From a virus (taxonomy: Duplodnaviria; Caudoviricetes), in the IMG/VR virus record IMGVR_UViG_3300008107_006173: a DNA stretch of 64,000 nt, one strand, 5' to 3'. The stretch's first letter is position 1, and each line of letters starts with the position of its first letter. The notes under the pieces are model-generated. The model had not been told where the DNA came from. It searched no databases and was given only the letters and a program-made list of their open reading frames with translations. The position numbers and the translations under genes are program-made. Of this stretch, positions 55,293 through 63,441 are shown in pieces.

Positions 55293-56694
55293 TATCTCGT
55301 TTTCTGTTTAATAAGGGCAGCGTGTTGTTATAGTCCGGTATTGACATATTTAAGCCAAGCGCCTGCAGACCTGCAATCTCATGCGCCGTATACGCTGATG
55401 TGAGATTTTTAGCAAAGAACCTATCAACTTTAGCGGATAGTGTTGATGCAGCAGACAAATTAGTCCAGTCGTTTTTCCAAGAACTTGATGAATATCCTAG
55501 CTCTTTCCATTCTTGTGTATCGTCTAGTGGTGTGTAGCCAAACTTTTCAGGATTTAAATCAATATCGCTCATGATGTCTTTATTACTTAAATCTCTATAC
55601 AATCTTAGAGCATTGCACCCTGCACTAGTTAATAACTGCTCATCAGCAATGATATGATTGTAATGCCAAATACTTTCTTCACTATCACCAGTCAAGCCAA
55701 TAATGAAATTCGCATAGGTAAATGCTTCGGGATATTCCTGTTTTAATAATCTAAGTGTATCTAAGTTTTTCTCAGACCTACCGCCTTTGCGGATCATTTT
55801 AGTCACATTTGGATTTAAACTTTCAATACCAAAGAACATAGTATTGATGCGTGATGCCTTTAGTAATTCAATCTGATGCTGTTGTGCTGCTAATACATCT
55901 AATCTAACAAACGCCATAAATGACGGTTCAAAAGATAGATCCTTCACTACATCTGAAAGCAGTAATAATTTACTATCAACTTCGTTGATTGTATCGTCAG
56001 CAAGAATAAAATTGGTCATACCAAATTTATTATATGCTGTTTCTAAACTTTCAACAACTGCGTCCTTGGTAGCAAGCATGGGGTTTTTGTTATTGCGGAA
56101 ATCGTATCCACAGAAGCTACAATTAAACTTGCACCCTAATGCAAGTTCAATAGTAAAGAATTCACCAGACTGCCAAAAATCTGTTTCTATTGGTACAGGG
56201 CAAACTGGATTTTCTAAAATCTTAGTAGGTGGATTCTTTAGAGTTAGCGGATCTGTTGCAAATACATACTTGCTTATATCCTTACCCTGAATCCATTCTG
56301 AAAAGATATTAGTGCTTCTACCAACAAATGAAACGTCAACCCAAGAGCTATCACCAACTACTACGCGATAACCACCGAGTATAACTTTTAGATGTGGAAT
56401 GTCTTTTTTAAGCTCTAATACCAATGATTTAAAATCGTCAGTACTACTACCGTCAATGCTACCACTAAGGGCTAGCCAAATGCCATCGCTATCACCAAAC
56501 CATTTAAGGATTGATGTTTTGAGTAGTTCTAATGGCCATTCACGCCAATAGTCCATGTTAGTTGCATCTACTCCCAAACTTCTTGCAACGGCAGCAATAT
56601 GCAAACTACCTGCGGGCCTGCCGTTATTTTTTATCAGACCTACTCTAGTAGGTTTCAAACCGAGATCTGATAAAATTAGAAGTTTCTTCATCAC
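55240..56694 (-). CDS. B12-binding-type radical SAM enzyme (copy 1)
   Basis: N-terminal B12-binding-like region (AGSLHIAAVAR, VILGG), GCKFNCSFC, DDTIN, RLD, FFGIESL, NFIIGL. Confidence 0.85.
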   Translation of the reverse strand: MMKKLLILSDLGLKPTRVGLIKNNGRPAGSLHIAAVARSLGVDATNMDYWREWPLELLKTSILKWFGDSDGIWLALSGSIDGSSTDDFKSLVLELKKDIPHLKVILGGYRVVVGDSSWVDVSFVGRSTNIFSEWIQGKDISKYVFATDPLTLKNPPTKILENPVCPVPIETDFWQSGEFFTIELALGCKFNCSFCGYDFRNNKNPMLATKDAVVESLETAYNKFGMTNFILADDTINEVDSKLLLLSDVVKDLSFEPSFMAFVRLDVLAAQQHQIELLKASRINTMFFGIESLNPNVTKMIRKGGRSEKNLDTLRLLKQEYPEAFTYANFIIGLTGDSEESIWHYNHIIADEQLLTSAGCNALRLYRDLSNKDIMSDIDLNPEKFGYTPLDDTQEWKELGYSSSSWKNDWTNLSAASTLSAKVDRFFAKNLTSAYTAHEIAGLQALGLNMSIPDYNNTLPLLNRKRDIVVKKYIKEKSAWLQGF

Positions 56695-57614
56695 TGGGAA
56701 TTCAATTGTAGCTCAATTAGTGTAGCACTAAGATTAATTTCTGAATCAGCACATAGGCTGCTCTTGGCCATTCCATCACGAATAATCACAACAGCTTGGT
56801 CCTGTTGTAACTGTGTCTTGCCCCAAAGATCTAGATTGCGATACATGAAGCGATACACTTCGTCATACTCTTCCGGCCGGGCTTGCCCTACAATAAGTTC
56901 ACGAGCAGTTTTATATTCGCCACTCTTAAACAGATCAATAGCATTCAGCATCCAATCACTGGAACTCTTATCACCTGCTTGCGGCTTTTGTAATGTACCA
57001 TCAACAACATTTTGCTGTACTAGGTTAATACACTTACGCAAGTCTGGATAGGTTGCTTGTACATAAGTGTCCAGCGTTTCTAGATCAATATCAACACCTT
57101 CGGTTACACAGATTTCTGCAATCCTTGCAGTAAATTCTGTAATGTCTAACTTTTCAATGTGAAAGCCCTGACAACGACTGTGTAGTGCAGGAATAATCTT
57201 ATGAGGATAGTTACAAGTTAGGATAAATCTACAGAAGTTGCTAAATGTTTCCATAACATTACGCAATGCTGCTTGAGCGTTTGGAGACAGGTAATCCGCC
57301 TCGTCAAGTAGAATATATCGCATACCACCAAAGCCCATTGTAGTTGCAAACTTTGTGATACGATCTCTTACTTCATCAACACCATTTTGAGATGAACCAT
57401 TCATCTCTAAAATATCCATACTATCGACACCAAGCTCGTTGAGCAATACTCTTGCTAGAGTAGTTTTTCCTGTACCGGGAGCACCGCTAAACAATAGATG
57501 CGGCAATGCACCATCAGTAATCCAGCCACTCACCTGTTGTTTTTGTTTCGTGTCGCGAAACACATATTCGTTAATCGCCTTGGGGCGATATTTTTCTGTC
57601 CAAAGTTCTTTCAT
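56691..57614 (-). CDS. Clamp loader ATPase subunit (gp44/RFC-like)
   Basis: LWTEKYRP, GAPGTGKT, LLDEAD, SRC motif. Confidence 0.92.
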   Translation of the reverse strand: MKELWTEKYRPKAINEYVFRDTKQKQQVSGWITDGALPHLLFSGAPGTGKTTLARVLLNELGVDSMDILEMNGSSQNGVDEVRDRITKFATTMGFGGMRYILLDEADYLSPNAQAALRNVMETFSNFCRFILTCNYPHKIIPALHSRCQGFHIEKLDITEFTARIAEICVTEGVDIDLETLDTYVQATYPDLRKCINLVQQNVVDGTLQKPQAGDKSSSDWMLNAIDLFKSGEYKTARELIVGQARPEEYDEVYRFMYRNLDLWGKTQLQQDQAVVIIRDGMAKSSLCADSEINLSATLIELQLNSQ

Positions 57615-57623
57615 TGCGCTCTC

Positions 57624-57854
57624 TTATTGAATGGTAATATCTGGTATATCTAGCTTTTTAACTCGGTCTCGTGAATTATATATCTCCAACATAATATCGT
57701 TGAAATCACTTTCCGAAAGGATAGTTTTATAGATAGTTAATGCCTGTGCTGCTAGTACAGCAGCAATTTCTAAACCGCTATGACCGTCTGTTAATGTTTT
57801 TTCTGCAACAAATTGCATTACATCTTGGTAGAGTTGCTCAGTTAAATCTTTCAT
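57624..57854 (-). CDS. Hypothetical protein, 76 aa
   Basis: Coupled ORF. Confidence 0.6.
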   Translation of the reverse strand: MKDLTEQLYQDVMQFVAEKTLTDGHSGLEIAAVLAAQALTIYKTILSESDFNDIMLEIYNSRDRVKKLDIPDITIQ

Positions 57855-58021
57855 ACTAGTTCCTCTAGAACGCCTAGCAGCTCTGCGCCAATTAGAAGTA
57901 GGCCTGCTCCTACTAGATTGCCCTGTATCAGGAATACGCCAGCAATAATACGCAGAACGCTTTTGCTTAGGCTTACATAAAAATGACCCTTACCGGGGTC
58001 CTTGGAATTGATTTTAAACAT
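57851..58021 (-). CDS. Small membrane protein, 56 aa
   Basis: Start MFKIN after SD AGGAGA; hydrophobic C-terminal half. Confidence 0.6.
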   Translation of the reverse strand: MFKINSKDPGKGHFYVSLSKSVLRIIAGVFLIQGNLVGAGLLLIGAELLGVLEELV

Positions 58022-58046
58022 ACATGGTCTCCTATGTCCCATGTAC

Positions 58047-58075
58047 ATTATAGCAAAAAAACAGGCTTATGTCAA
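58047..58075 (-). promoter_or_regulatory. sigma70-like promoter TTGACA-N17-TATAAT
   Basis: Perfect consensus. Confidence 0.75.
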
Positions 58076-58242
58076 TTGTTTTTTGTTTTACCCATCTCGA
58101 CACCTGCGGCGCTGAGAATCAAAAGTATAGAAAGTATTAACCACCAAGCTGAAACTTGCCCCCAAATAACAGCGGCAAGTAGAATATTGCCCGAAAGGCC
58201 TAGGGAAGTTAACCCAACTTTTTCAACTGTTGATATTTTCAT
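58072..58242 (-). CDS. Small two-TM membrane protein, 56 aa; not in the ORF track
   Basis: Hand translation MKISTVEKVGLTSLGLSGNILLAAVIWGQVSAWWLILSILLILSAAGVEMGKTKNN; overlaps the groES stop. Confidence 0.55.
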   Translation of the reverse strand: MKISTVEKVGLTSLGLSGNILLAAVIWGQVSAWWLILSILLILSAAGVEMGKTKNN

Positions 58243-58610
58243 ATAAATTCTTTCTTTGCTGCACTCACAGCATTAGTATTGAAAACAATAGTATCAGATG
58301 GAGGTTCATCGCTGACTAGCAAGCATGCCTTTGGGTCGACTTTCCATACCTTCTTTTTATTTTCTGGAGTATCAAAGCGTTCATCTTCTAATTCAATCGC
58401 TTCTGTCCAACGAGCATATTCAACATAAACCCATTGCCCGGGCTGTATCCAATCGATATCTGGGCCTACTTCAAATACGCGAAACCAGCGAGGCACAATG
58501 CCTTCGCCCTTGCCAATAGTACTTTGTACAATTAGTCCGCCAGCGGTAACCTTATCACCAAAGTCGCCATCGGTACACAGTATATTATCTCTAATTGCTC
58601 GCAGTTGCAT
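58239..58610 (-). CDS. groES: GroES-like co-chaperonin
   Basis: LRAIRDNIL, TAGGLIV, VFEVGP, VQPG-like WIQPGQWV; start moved to MQLR. Confidence 0.7.
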   Translation of the reverse strand: MQLRAIRDNILCTDGDFGDKVTAGGLIVQSTIGKGEGIVPRWFRVFEVGPDIDWIQPGQWVYVEYARWTEAIELEDERFDTPENKKKVWKVDPKACLLVSDEPPSDTIVFNTNAVSAAKKEFI

Positions 58611-58611
58611 T

Positions 58612-58962
58612 TTAGCCTCCAAGTTTCTTAAAAGCGCGGCGCATCCGTATATCATGTTTTAGATCTCCCATTGGATGCTCGTCGGGGAGATCATTAATTA
58701 CTTCCAACAACAATTTTAAATCGTTAATGAGTGTGGCATCAATTTGAGCGTCTTCTTTGCCTGTCTTAATAGTTATAACACCTGCGGCAGCCGGTTGCGT
58801 AAATGCAAATCCGTTACCACTGATACCACTGATACTGTGAGGAACTGTAAATGTAGGAGCCGCTGTTGTTATTGTACCTGCTGCTGTCTTTAGCCCGTGA
58901 TGCGGACCAGAAAGAATACTATTGCCATTTTGATTAGCAAAGACTGTTTTACTATTACTCAT
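58612..58962 (-). CDS. Hypothetical protein, ~116 aa
   Basis: Probable start MSNSK. Confidence 0.55.
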   Translation of the reverse strand: MSNSKTVFANQNGNSILSGPHHGLKTAAGTITTAAPTFTVPHSISGISGNGFAFTQPAAAGVITIKTGKEDAQIDATLINDLKLLLEVINDLPDEHPMGDLKHDIRMRRAFKKLGG

Positions 58963-59371
58963 CACTCTTATACACGGGAACCATTTCGATGTCACCGTTT
59001 GGGAGTGTTACTTCTCTATAACCAATTGGTTCAACGGGAGCATCAAACTCATCGGGCTCAGCGACCGGAGCAGGCTTATTAGCCTTTGCTGTTGCTGCTG
59101 TCTTTACTTCAGCAGTTTTAGGAGCATCAGGCGTTAATTTAGCTGATGGTGTTTCACCCTTAAGGCTTGCTGATGAGGTACTGCTGCGAGGATTGCTTTT
59201 ATAATATGCTCGCACACGCTCTTCGTTCTTTTGAACAATTTCACCACCTTTACCTAGCACATCACCCTGTGCGTTGACACGCATGTTTCCAACCGCAGGC
59301 GATGCCTGTTGACTGGCTATAAGCGCATCAAAATCTACTTGCATACCTCGGTTGCTTCTGCGAACAGTCAT
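58955..59371 (-). CDS. Hypothetical protein, 138 aa
   Basis: SD GAGG. Confidence 0.7.
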   Translation of the reverse strand: MTVRRSNRGMQVDFDALIASQQASPAVGNMRVNAQGDVLGKGGEIVQKNEERVRAYYKSNPRSSTSSASLKGETPSAKLTPDAPKTAEVKTAATAKANKPAPVAEPDEFDAPVEPIGYREVTLPNGDIEMVPVYKSDE

Positions 59372-59378
59372 TTTAACC

Positions 59379-59837
59379 TCACTTTAAAAATTCTCTAATA
59401 TCTAAATTATATTTAACACTATCAATCTTGTGAACCCCGATGAGGTAGAGGCAGTAACTAGCTACACTACTGCCTCTACCCACACCCCAAACAAGATTGT
59501 GTTTACGCATCGTATCAACAATATATATCAACAATTGCAGTATTGGAAATAACTTCCTGGTGCGGAATAATTCTAGTTCCATTTCTACACGGTCTTGCCC
59601 ATCGGGCGTTAAGTTACGAGATAGATTACGCACATACTGCTCAACATCAATTTGCTTGTAGTGTTGGGGTATATTGAACTCCTTGCTATAATCAATTTTA
59701 TTTACAAGTTGCTCAATATCCAATTGTTCGCACATACTGTTGAATTTATCAACATCATCGAAAGGGATATTATATAGACTTCTACCTCTATATAATAATT
59801 CAATTCCTTGATCTTCAGTGCAGAGTATTTGTTGCAT
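59379..59837 (-). CDS. Stand-alone DnaE (Pol III alpha)-like fragment, 152 aa
   Basis: RVEMELE..LIYIVDTMRKHNLVWGVGRGSSVASYCLYLIGVHKID..YNL..REFL; stops before the catalytic DxD. Confidence 0.75.
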   Translation of the reverse strand: MQQILCTEDQGIELLYRGRSLYNIPFDDVDKFNSMCEQLDIEQLVNKIDYSKEFNIPQHYKQIDVEQYVRNLSRNLTPDGQDRVEMELELFRTRKLFPILQLLIYIVDTMRKHNLVWGVGRGSSVASYCLYLIGVHKIDSVKYNLDIREFLK

Positions 59838-59843
59838 TATTAT

Positions 59844-59872
59844 ATTATAACTTAATAACTTTTGATTGTCAA
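59844..59872 (-). promoter_or_regulatory. sigma70-like promoter TTGACA-N17-TATAAT
   Basis: Perfect consensus upstream of the DnaE fragment. Confidence 0.75.
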
Positions 59873-59874
59873 TA

Positions 59875-60633
59875 CTAAATTACTTTTGGGATCCACTTTT
59901 TGGGTTTCTTTTCGGCAAAATCAATTTCTATAACTTCTGCTTCTTCGGGGGCTTTCCCTTCTTTGGAATCTTTTGCCCGCTTGAACAGCGATCTAATTTC
60001 TTCCTCAAGTACTTCAAATGCTTGATTATGCATGTTAGCATCTTCATCTTCATCTTGCATACGCTTGCGTACAGCTTCTAGTTCCTCAGGAGATTCTGCA
60101 CAGTTATCAAATGTGCTAGCATCATTCCTATCCCACCATGGCTCTTCCCAAAAACTTAGTTCGCCCAACCATTCGGCCGTCGACGGTAATGCTGGCACTA
60201 CATCATCAAACTCATCTGAGAAGTAATCATAGTTTAATTGGAGGTCTAGGTCTCTTAGTTGTATTCTTTCAATGTTTGAGTGTGTTGCGATAGCATTCAT
60301 TTTAGAATGTAGTGCTAAAACAAGAATGTGTTCTTCGAGCGTTGGGAGTATCATTAAATTATTATCAAATGATGTAGCTATATATTTGTGCATTTCTGCC
60401 ATGATATCATTTTTAAAAACAAAACTTTCGTTAACTACATTTTCTAAGAAGTATAAAATTTTACTGAAGCTTACATTTTGATCTACTTGGGCTTGAAAAA
60501 TATCATCTACTTCTGACCCATCAGTTGATAATGTAAAGCCTAATTCGTAGGTTTTAACTTCTACTTTTTTGATGCTGTTATCAAACATCATTAATTTTAG
60601 TTTAATAGTTTTTTCAAGATTGAAGCTTCTCAC
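59875..60633 (-). CDS. Hypothetical protein, 252 aa, acidic C-terminus
   Basis: Long coupled ORF. Confidence 0.7.
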   Translation of the reverse strand: MRSFNLEKTIKLKLMMFDNSIKKVEVKTYELGFTLSTDGSEVDDIFQAQVDQNVSFSKILYFLENVVNESFVFKNDIMAEMHKYIATSFDNNLMILPTLEEHILVLALHSKMNAIATHSNIERIQLRDLDLQLNYDYFSDEFDDVVPALPSTAEWLGELSFWEEPWWDRNDASTFDNCAESPEELEAVRKRMQDEDEDANMHNQAFEVLEEEIRSLFKRAKDSKEGKAPEEAEVIEIDFAEKKPKKWIPKVI

Positions 60634-60932
60634 TTTTTCACCCCCTTGTGGTATTGTTGTACAACAGCGTTAAGTAGAACTTCCTTACTATAGTCTGGTG
60701 TAAAAGTTTCCTGGTCTACGGTACCAATTTCAATTATTTTATCTTCAACTTTTACACGCTTCTTGTAACACATTTCATCATAGGCATCGTTAGCAATGCC
60801 GATCATGTCAACTAATTGATTATAGATCGGGGATGTGGCATTAATTTTAAAAAGCTGTTTGTTTAATCTTTCAATTTCAGCCACAAGTTTATCCTCAGGC
60901 AACTCGTATACTTTTGCATAATAATCTTCCAT
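60630..60932 (-). CDS. Hypothetical protein, 100 aa
   Basis: Coupled ORF. Confidence 0.65.
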   Translation of the reverse strand: MEDYYAKVYELPEDKLVAEIERLNKQLFKINATSPIYNQLVDMIGIANDAYDEMCYKKRVKVEDKIIEIGTVDQETFTPDYSKEVLLNAVVQQYHKGVKK

Positions 60933-61246
60933 TAGTTGCCTCCGGTAATTATTTTAAAGAATGCCATGCTCTCTGCATCCTTAAATCTTATTTCATTATT
61001 TTTGAGTTGATAGTCCCATAATTCTCTGAGACCTAATTGTTTGAGTTTAGTTTTAATCTCTTCTCTATGACTGCTATTGATTCTAATGTCAAATTTAATT
61101 CTATAGCTGCGCCATTGCATCCAAAGATCAAAAAAGTATGAAGTTCGTTCAGTGACTGAAGGATTCAATTTACCAAAGGCTTGAATCATTTCGTCGTCTA
61201 TAAAGATATCCTTGTAGATACTACTGCGGGATGCACTTTTGCTCAT
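60932..61246 (-). CDS. Hypothetical protein, 104 aa
   Basis: Coupled ORF; C-terminus IRFKDAESMAFFKI. Confidence 0.6.
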   Translation of the reverse strand: MSKSASRSSIYKDIFIDDEMIQAFGKLNPSVTERTSYFFDLWMQWRSYRIKFDIRINSSHREEIKTKLKQLGLRELWDYQLKNNEIRFKDAESMAFFKIITGGN

Positions 61247-62084
61247 CGTAGTAAACCTTTAGTGTCTGTTCAGTTATGTGTAGAACTTGCTTACGCATTC
61301 TAAAAATTAAGTCAGTAACGCCAAAAGCATTATCTACAAAATTTTCAATAGTAAATTTTTCTTCGTTGCCTATAGCTAAACAGTTATAACCTATAATTTT
61401 ATGATTTAACCTTCCAAAGTTTAGCTGAGACTTATCTATTTCAAATTTTCTTAAAGGAACGTTAGTGACAGTGAAGCAGGCTGTTGTTTTAAACACATCA
61501 TTGGTATCTGCAATTACTGACGCAACCTTACCATCATTTTTGCTACGATCTAACACCACAGTAAATCTTCTATTCAAACTTACTAGTGATTGATATCTAT
61601 CGCTTTCTTTGGCTAATTTAAAACCAATAGTTTCAAAATATTCTATGACTTCACTGTCTGAATCATTAATAATAATTCCTGTAAAATTTTCTAAGCCTGT
61701 TGTGCTATATCGTTTTTTATCAATTAATGTGTATTCGTTGTTTAAAAACATTTCAGTCCAATCTTCAGGGACAAATAAAATTCTTAACGAATTACTCAAG
61801 GTAATTGAAAACGCATTGCTGTTTTCTAGAGATAGTGAATCAGCAATCAATTCTAATGTTGTTAGTGGCATATTAAAACCAATACCACTTATACGGGGCT
61901 CTAGGCCGTCTGCAATTTCTCTTAGTAAAATGATACTTTGATTTTGCGACCAAAATCCAACGGGTGCAGAGTTATGCTGACTTCTATGCACGAAACCCAT
62001 TTTATTTAATTTTGTATGTATAGTTTCCCTGTCGTTAACGGATGGATCAAAACTATATTCTAAGAAACTAAAATTTGACATCAC
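61221..62084 (-). CDS. HppD-like tandem VOC/glyoxalase-fold protein apparently lacking metal ligands
   Basis: FSFLEY..MGFVHRSQHNS.PVGFWSQNQSIILL..PRISGIGF parallels the HPPD N-domain. Confidence 0.55.
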   Translation of the reverse strand: MMSNFSFLEYSFDPSVNDRETIHTKLNKMGFVHRSQHNSAPVGFWSQNQSIILLREIADGLEPRISGIGFNMPLTTLELIADSLSLENSNAFSITLSNSLRILFVPEDWTEMFLNNEYTLIDKKRYSTTGLENFTGIIINDSDSEVIEYFETIGFKLAKESDRYQSLVSLNRRFTVVLDRSKNDGKVASVIADTNDVFKTTACFTVTNVPLRKFEIDKSQLNFGRLNHKIIGYNCLAIGNEEKFTIENFVDNAFGVTDLIFRMRKQVLHITEQTLKVYYDEQKCIPQ

Positions 62085-62437
62085 ACTTTAAAATTGACAC
62101 TCTCACCGCAACCACAAGAACTTGCTGCAAGGGGAGACCATATATCAATAACTGATCCGCTGATGTCAGTTTTCTTATCTACAACACTTCCGGTTAAGTA
62201 AAGTTCTGATGTTTTGTCCAACCAAAACATCCAACCATCATAGCTATGACCATATTCAGTCATGTCTATTTCACTTGGACTTTTTACTAGTTCCCAGTGG
62301 TAACTGAAGCCAGCACAGCCGCCGCCAGAGAGACTCAATCTCACGCCTAGAGCATTTGCGCCTTTAACAACCGCAGCAAAATGTTCCTGTGCAGTTGGGG
62401 TAAAGTTAACGATTTCTTCTTGCATTTTAGTATCCAT
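62081..62437 (-). CDS. iscA: IscA/HesB-family Fe-S carrier
   Basis: GGGCAGFSY and SSCGCGESVNF; start MDTK or MQEE. Confidence 0.9.
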   Translation of the reverse strand: MDTKMQEEIVNFTPTAQEHFAAVVKGANALGVRLSLSGGGCAGFSYHWELVKSPSEIDMTEYGHSYDGWMFWLDKTSELYLTGSVVDKKTDISGSVIDIWSPLAASSCGCGESVNFKV

Positions 62438-62441
62438 ACTT

Positions 62442-62951
62442 TTATTTAACCATTTTGCATCGTAAGTTAATAACATAACGAATACCTTCCTTAACACGCT
62501 TTACTTCGTGCTCATGTTCGTATGTATAAGCTAACATATCACCCGGTTGTAAATCCATCAGTTGGTTTTCAACAATTAGCTCACCGCCTTTATAACTTGC
62601 TGGATCAGATAATTGAATAATAATGGATAAGTCGGTTGGCTGTTGTGTTTTTTCTGCGTAACTATCTACATGTTTGGCTATGAAACCATTATAGCCATAT
62701 TTTAAAATTCTACAATAAACAAGTTCAACTTCATAAGACAATGATTCTAGAATGCTGTCTTTCACTGCCCCCCAAATGTTTTTAAATTCTTCCTTAGTAT
62801 ACTTGCTTAAAAGGAAAACACCGTTAAGACCCGACGCATGACGATCGACACGATTACCGTCAATCTCAACTACATTAGTAGTGTTTCTATATAATCCCCA
62901 TACTTCATCTATGAGTTGATAGGGTAATACATTTCTTACAACGATTTTCAC
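62442..62951 (-). CDS. 2OG-Fe(II) oxygenase
   Basis: IAKHVD, YKGGEL, HEHEVKRVKEGIRY. Confidence 0.85.
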   Translation of the reverse strand: MKIVVRNVLPYQLIDEVWGLYRNTTNVVEIDGNRVDRHASGLNGVFLLSKYTKEEFKNIWGAVKDSILESLSYEVELVYCRILKYGYNGFIAKHVDSYAEKTQQPTDLSIIIQLSDPASYKGGELIVENQLMDLQPGDMLAYTYEHEHEVKRVKEGIRYVINLRCKMVK

Positions 62952-63439
62952 ATCATAAGCCTTAAATTAGCGATCCATCGATTTCCGGATTTAACCATTT
63001 TTACTTCATGCGGATCTGAATAGTGATATAATGTAGCATCGCCTATATTCATGTTCATCATTATATTATTGACCATAAGATGGCCGCCTTTATAGCTCTG
63101 TGGATCATTGAGTTGAATTATTAGTCCGTGATTACTTTCACCATCACTTTCCATCCAACCATCACGGTGTAAACCAATTCGTGTTTTGGGAGGATAGTGT
63201 ATTAATCGAAAACTTTTTATTTCAGCATTTGGTAGAATTGCTTCAATATACTTAAAATAGCTTGAGGCCTCATCCTTGCTTATACGATAAAAGTTATATG
63301 ACCAATCTCGATTTATTTCTTTTCTTGGTAAAACTTGTCCAGAGAAAGATTCAAACATTTCAGACATGTTTGGAACCGTTGCTATGAGTTCCTCACAAAT
63401 AGCCTTTGGTAATACATCTTTGAATTGTGTTGCTGCCAT
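62948..63439 (-). CDS. 2OG-Fe(II) oxygenase (tandem paralogue)
   Basis: IGLHRD, YKGGHL, PHEVKMVKSGNRW. Confidence 0.85.
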   Translation of the reverse strand: MAATQFKDVLPKAICEELIATVPNMSEMFESFSGQVLPRKEINRDWSYNFYRISKDEASSYFKYIEAILPNAEIKSFRLIHYPPKTRIGLHRDGWMESDGESNHGLIIQLNDPQSYKGGHLMVNNIMMNMNIGDATLYHYSDPHEVKMVKSGNRWIANLRLMM

Positions 63440-63441
63440 CG

